This document shows positions 61,801 through 64,000 of a stretch of DNA of 64,000 nucleotides, piece after piece. The stretch covers positions 5,208,001-5,272,000 of the forward strand of contig NC_047064.1 of assembly GCF_902459465.1 (NCBI RefSeq), written 5' to 3'. This DNA comes from Asterias rubens. Taxonomy: Eukaryota. The notes under the pieces were generated by a model. That model did no database searches. It was not told the DNA's origin and saw nothing but the letters and a program-made list of their open reading frames with translations. Both the position numbers and the translations under genes were made by a program. How positions within the stretch are numbered: position 1 is the first letter of the stretch; each line of letters starts with the position of its first letter.

Positions 61801-62780
61801 GATGGTGATATTTTGGTCGAACTCGCCTATGTCGTCCTTGCCGATTGTGTCATCGTCAAATGCAAGTACTTTAACTCTCACTCCACCCTATGAGCCATAT
61901 TGAGATACGGTGGACACATGACTATGAGAATATTTAGGTTTGTGTAAATTTGTCTGTTTAACACCTAAACCAAACAGTGCACTCATTTAGTGGTCACCAC
62001 CATACCTCAAAAAAGCTTATTGTGGGTACGCAAACATTGTTTGTATGATCGGGGGAAAAAAACTCGCACAAACTCTTACTTTATATAAATGCATCAAATC
62101 AATTTCCCATACAAATACCAAATTTTTGTTTAATGCTGCCACACCGCCAGAACTTTTCCCCAGCATTCCATCTTTGTAATATAGATTTTGATTTGACATT
62201 TAAAATCAAAACATAAGGTAGGTCTACGTATGTGCACCAAATCTCAGACAAGTGGAAGTTTCACATAATGACGTCACTGATTACCAGAAGCCCATAGGAG
62301 TTGCCTTTAGTTATTTTGTTTCTCATGGATCTCGATTACACGCACACAAACCTTCCGCCGTGTTCAGTTTTCCGAATGACCAAAATACGGTAACACACGT
62401 CATGCGACGCCTGCATAGTGACCAAATTCTGCGTGCAGCAGATTGTGCCCAGAAGTGTCTTTTACTTCTTTTCAAAGACAGGGATGATGTAGGCCTATTA
62501 TCTTTAAACACAAGTAACCAATACCTCTAAATGGTTCTTATACGTTTTAGTGGATGTTAACCTTGCTACAAGTTAATATCTTCATGTTGTCAATGATGCC
62601 ACAATTTATAAACATTGTTCGTGCTTAATGCTTATTCTTACCTTCCAGTTATCAACTTTCAGAAGTTGTGGATTGGCGATGTTTTTCGGGATAATGGCAG
62701 GAAAGTCGAACTTATTTTTGTTATCAAAAATAACATCTGTGTCAACCCTCATTATGCTGCAATCACTGAAGTCGTCCGAT
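49769..62780 (-). CDS. Gene C: Delta/Serrate(DSL)-family Notch-ligand-like type I membrane protein, 5'-incomplete (C2/MNNL - DSL - ~18 EGF - SEA-like - TM - short tail)
   Basis: 14 exons totalling 2902 nt (1 + 967 codons incl. stop), all phases consistent. DSL consensus CNANFYTSDCGVYCKPRDNTQGHYGC..TGAKMCHDGWEG; many cbEGF (D.DEC...PC.N..TC.D...GF.C.C..G..G..C). Confidence 0.92.
50028..50122 (-). CDS. Gene C exon, transmembrane helix
   Basis: Acceptor tattttgtatttaag, donor AG|GTAGGC; SWVEENWYVFLIALAVVAVAGIAGFAVWRKR. Confidence 0.9.
50788..51244. mobile_element. Cluster of three related g(t/c)cgatttcac-type MITEs
   Basis: Repeated termini gtcgatttcac/gtgaaatcgac and internal taggact/agtccta motifs. 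Confidence 0.7.
51268..51442 (-). CDS. Gene C exon, juxtamembrane module part 2
   Basis: Acceptor cattttccttacag, donor AAG|GTGAGC; EPLTKVTYLTRSLSGYV...STGDGGK. Confidence 0.85.
51863..52040 (-). CDS. Gene C exon, juxtamembrane SEA-like module part 1 (contains RDKR)
   Basis: Acceptor tcttgatttgtag (phase 1), donor CG|GTTAAT; track ORF 51715..52038. Confidence 0.8.
52509..52675 (-). CDS. Gene C exon, last EGF repeats
   Basis: Acceptor acttttcttgaag, donor G|GTAAAG; CECDAFHTGEYCTDLIDDPCSLNQCEHGQC...CNEGYFGSNCNI. Confidence 0.9.
53216..53361 (-). CDS. Gene C exon, tenascin-type EGF plus EGF17 start
   Basis: Acceptor tttctttacag, donor AG|GTAAAA; RECLKGHCDNGVCDCDPGYEGDDCSVQIDYCHSSPCSQGTCIALENAF. 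Confidence 0.9.
53638..54184 (-). CDS. Gene C exon, EGF11-15
   Basis: Acceptor ttttttttctaag, donor GAG|GTGAGA; track ORF 53620..54165. Confidence 0.93.
54777..54928. mobile_element. ~150-bp MITE related to the 11968-15911 termini
   Basis: TIR cttttcgaatccacggcttcggct / agccgaagccgtggtttcgaaaag (1 mismatch). Confidence 0.75.
55011..55238 (-). CDS. Gene C exon, EGF8-10
   Basis: 228 nt, phase 2-2; donor AG|GTAAGT; track ORF 55007..55300. Confidence 0.93.
55355..55740. mobile_element. Kolobok-like MITE family K1 (gene C intron)
   Basis: Same termini and body. Confidence 0.85.
56176..56363 (-). CDS. Gene C exon, EGF7-8
   Basis: Acceptor tcttgttttcacag, donor AG|GTATAA; track ORF 56154..56375. 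Confidence 0.93.
56483..56863. mobile_element. Kolobok-like MITE family K1 (left terminus clipped)
   Basis: Starts at cagtggacactattgg; right end GTGTCCACTGTCT|TTAA. Confidence 0.85.
56986..57569 (-). CDS. Gene C exon, EGF2-6
   Basis: Track ORF 56953..57555; acceptor ttctaatcag, donor GAG|GTATTT. Confidence 0.95.
58135..58248 (-). CDS. Gene C exon, EGF1 (cbEGF)
   Basis: 114 nt, phase 1-1; [37 protein letters not shown]. Confidence 0.93.
58295..58669. mobile_element. Kolobok-like MITE family K1 (diverged)
   Basis: Same body; lies between the DSL and EGF1 exons. Confidence 0.75.
58729..58874 (-). CDS. Gene C exon, DSL domain
   Basis: Acceptor ttgtgtcggcag, donor G|GTAAAA; EFLYKVKIYCNANFYTSDCGVYCKPRDNTQGHYGCNQTTGAKMCHDGWE. 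Confidence 0.93.
59270..60830. repeat. Modular satellite-like repeat in both orientations, spanning the assembly gap
   Basis: Blocks acaacttggtataaccatgatt, acaacttggtacatagcctatacgtc, cctaccccctctttgggaaaaggcgg and gggaaagggtatgtagttacacaaatcaaactgtgtacagcctc recur in shuffled order. Confidence 0.9.
59762..59982. other. Assembly gap (221 N)
   Basis: Run of N. Confidence 0.99.
61115..61693. mobile_element. GGGCCCAATTTCAT-type MITE interrupted by a K1 Kolobok-like MITE (~61287-61672)
   Basis: Host TIR gggcccaatttcatagagctgct; K1 sits at the position of the TTAA in the host right TIR (cf. gtgcttaagcagctctatgaaattgggccc at 46144). Confidence 0.75.
61736..61887 (-). CDS. Gene C exon, C2/MNNL part 2 (GGVRVKVLAFDDDTIGKDDIGEFDQNITI...)
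   Basis: Acceptor ggctcatag, donor GA|GTAAGT; C2-like V.V..D.D...DD.IG.F motif. Confidence 0.85.
62642..62780 (-). CDS. Gene C exon, C2/MNNL part 1 (SDDFSDCSIMRVDTDVIFD...NPQLLKVDNWK)
   Basis: Acceptor gctttcattgcag, donor AAG|GTAAGA; NP...W pattern of the DSL-ligand N-terminal domain. Confidence 0.8.
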
Positions 62781-62948
62781 CTGCAATGAAAGCAAGCTTA
62801 ACCAATTGCTACGTATACGATAAACTCATTTTAGTTTTGGAGTTTTACCAATTGTGAGGCGGTTCGCACGACAGCGAAGTTACAATGTAAAAACAAAAAT
62901 GAAAGGGAAAAACCTGCAACAAACAAAATGGTACGGGTTTAGACGTTG

Positions 62949-63309
62949 TTAAAGACACTGGACACTATTGGTAATTGTCAAAGACCAGTCTTCTCACTTT
63001 TATCTCAACATATGCATGAAATAACAAACCTGTGAAAACTTGAGCTCAATTGGTCGACGAAGTTGCGAGATAATAATGAAAGAAAAAACACTCTTGTCAC
63101 ACGAAGTTGTGTGCGTTTAGATGCTTGATTTTCGAGACCAAAAAATCGAATTCTAAAGGTCTCGAAATCAAATTCGTGGGAATTTCTTTTTTTCTCGTAA
63201 ACTACGTTACTTCGAGGGAGCCGTTTCTCACATGTGTTATACAACCAACCTCTCCCGATTACTCGTTACCAAGTCAGGTTTTATGCTAGTAAGTGTCCAC
63301 TGCTTTTAA
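62949..63309. mobile_element. Kolobok-like MITE family K1
   Basis: TTAA|AGACACTGGACACTATTGG...gtgtccactgct|ttaa. Confidence 0.85.
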
Positions 63310-64000
63310 TAATCACAAAAAAAATTTAAAAAAAGAATGAATTTATTTACAATCAACAAAGGCGAATCAAGGAAACTAACAGTCAGTACACAATGAAAAG
63401 CATAATTAAAGCGACTTGGTATACAACAATAATGAATAATGAATATTTCTGACCCGGAGATTGAAATTGTGTAAATAAATTGTTCCCTGCTCAAACAACT
63501 CAGGTCTCGGGAACGGGGAGTTCGGCGTCAACCACATAGCCACACGAAGCGGGGTAGGTAGCCTTCAGTAGCGGGATCCCCCAATCCCCCAGCCAAAACA
63601 AAGCATGAAGCTCATCGACCACAACCAACAAGTCCTCCTGCCGGTAGTGTAGCGCCGTCAATTCCCTTGGTGTGGCCGGTCACCATCCCATCCGGATCCC
63701 AGAGTCGAGCGAGGGCGTTACAATGACTTTATTCACATTCATTACAATTACACCATTTTGTGACGACTTGCTAAAGTAATAAAAGAACTTTAAGAAGTCA
63801 GTCAGCTGAGAACAATCCAGTTGAAAGGAACAGCTAAACTAGAAATGTTCGGCTCGGTCATAATGTGGTGACAGGAATTATTCCTTAACGTGAAAGCATA
63901 CTCTATGGTGAACCTCTGTGTTGTGTACCATGGCATGCATAATACGAAAGTGTGGAAGGCCACCAGGGCTGGTTGAGTAATAACCAGAAGACCATTTTTA

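Noticed and set aside
62252-62530. 92-aa plus ORF and 62-aa minus ORF within a gene C intron
   Set aside because: Flanking exons already join in phase; no motif or splice support.
49769-62780. Calling gene C Notch, fibropellin or an orthologous Delta/Jagged with a gene symbol
   Set aside because: No LNR or ankyrin domains (not Notch); DSL present and no CUB/avidin (not fibropellin); architecture differs from canonical Delta and Jagged, so no symbol is given.
2093-63289. Recurrent short ORFs such as CFQMLDFETS.../SQVLNLRSRNQI...
   Set aside because: All fall inside K1 MITE copies; they are repeat-derived, not genes.

Overview
AT-rich, intron-containing animal genomic DNA, not prokaryotic. 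The repeat landscape looks echinoderm/sea-star-like, but that is an unverified inference from recall. I built three gene models by hand from GT-AG sites with matching codon phases. (1) A minus-strand gene at the left end (4 exons, 5836->1233) encodes a coiled-coil-type protein that probably continues past the window start. (2) A complete plus-strand 7-exon gene (16530-43076, 583 aa) encodes an unrecognised single-pass receptor-like protein: signal peptide, 12-Cys ectodomain, Thr/Pro stalk, TM helix, ~365-aa Tyr-motif-rich tail and a C-terminal PDZ-type motif. One of its splice acceptors is triplicated in frame. (3) A convergent minus-strand gene (14 coding exons, 62780->49769, >=966 aa, 5' end not found in the window) encodes a non-canonical Delta/Serrate-type protein: C2/MNNL, DSL, ~18 EGF units, a SEA-like juxtamembrane module with an RDKR furin-type site, TM and a ~17-aa tail. 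It also has a candidate alternative last exon that would give a secreted form. The rest is introns and intergenic DNA dense in MITEs (TTAA-flanked Kolobok-like, hAT-like, Harbinger-like), tRNA-derived SINEs, CR1/L2 LINE fragments, tandem repeats and a modular inverted satellite spanning a 221-N gap. No rRNA, bona fide tRNA gene or CRISPR array is supported.
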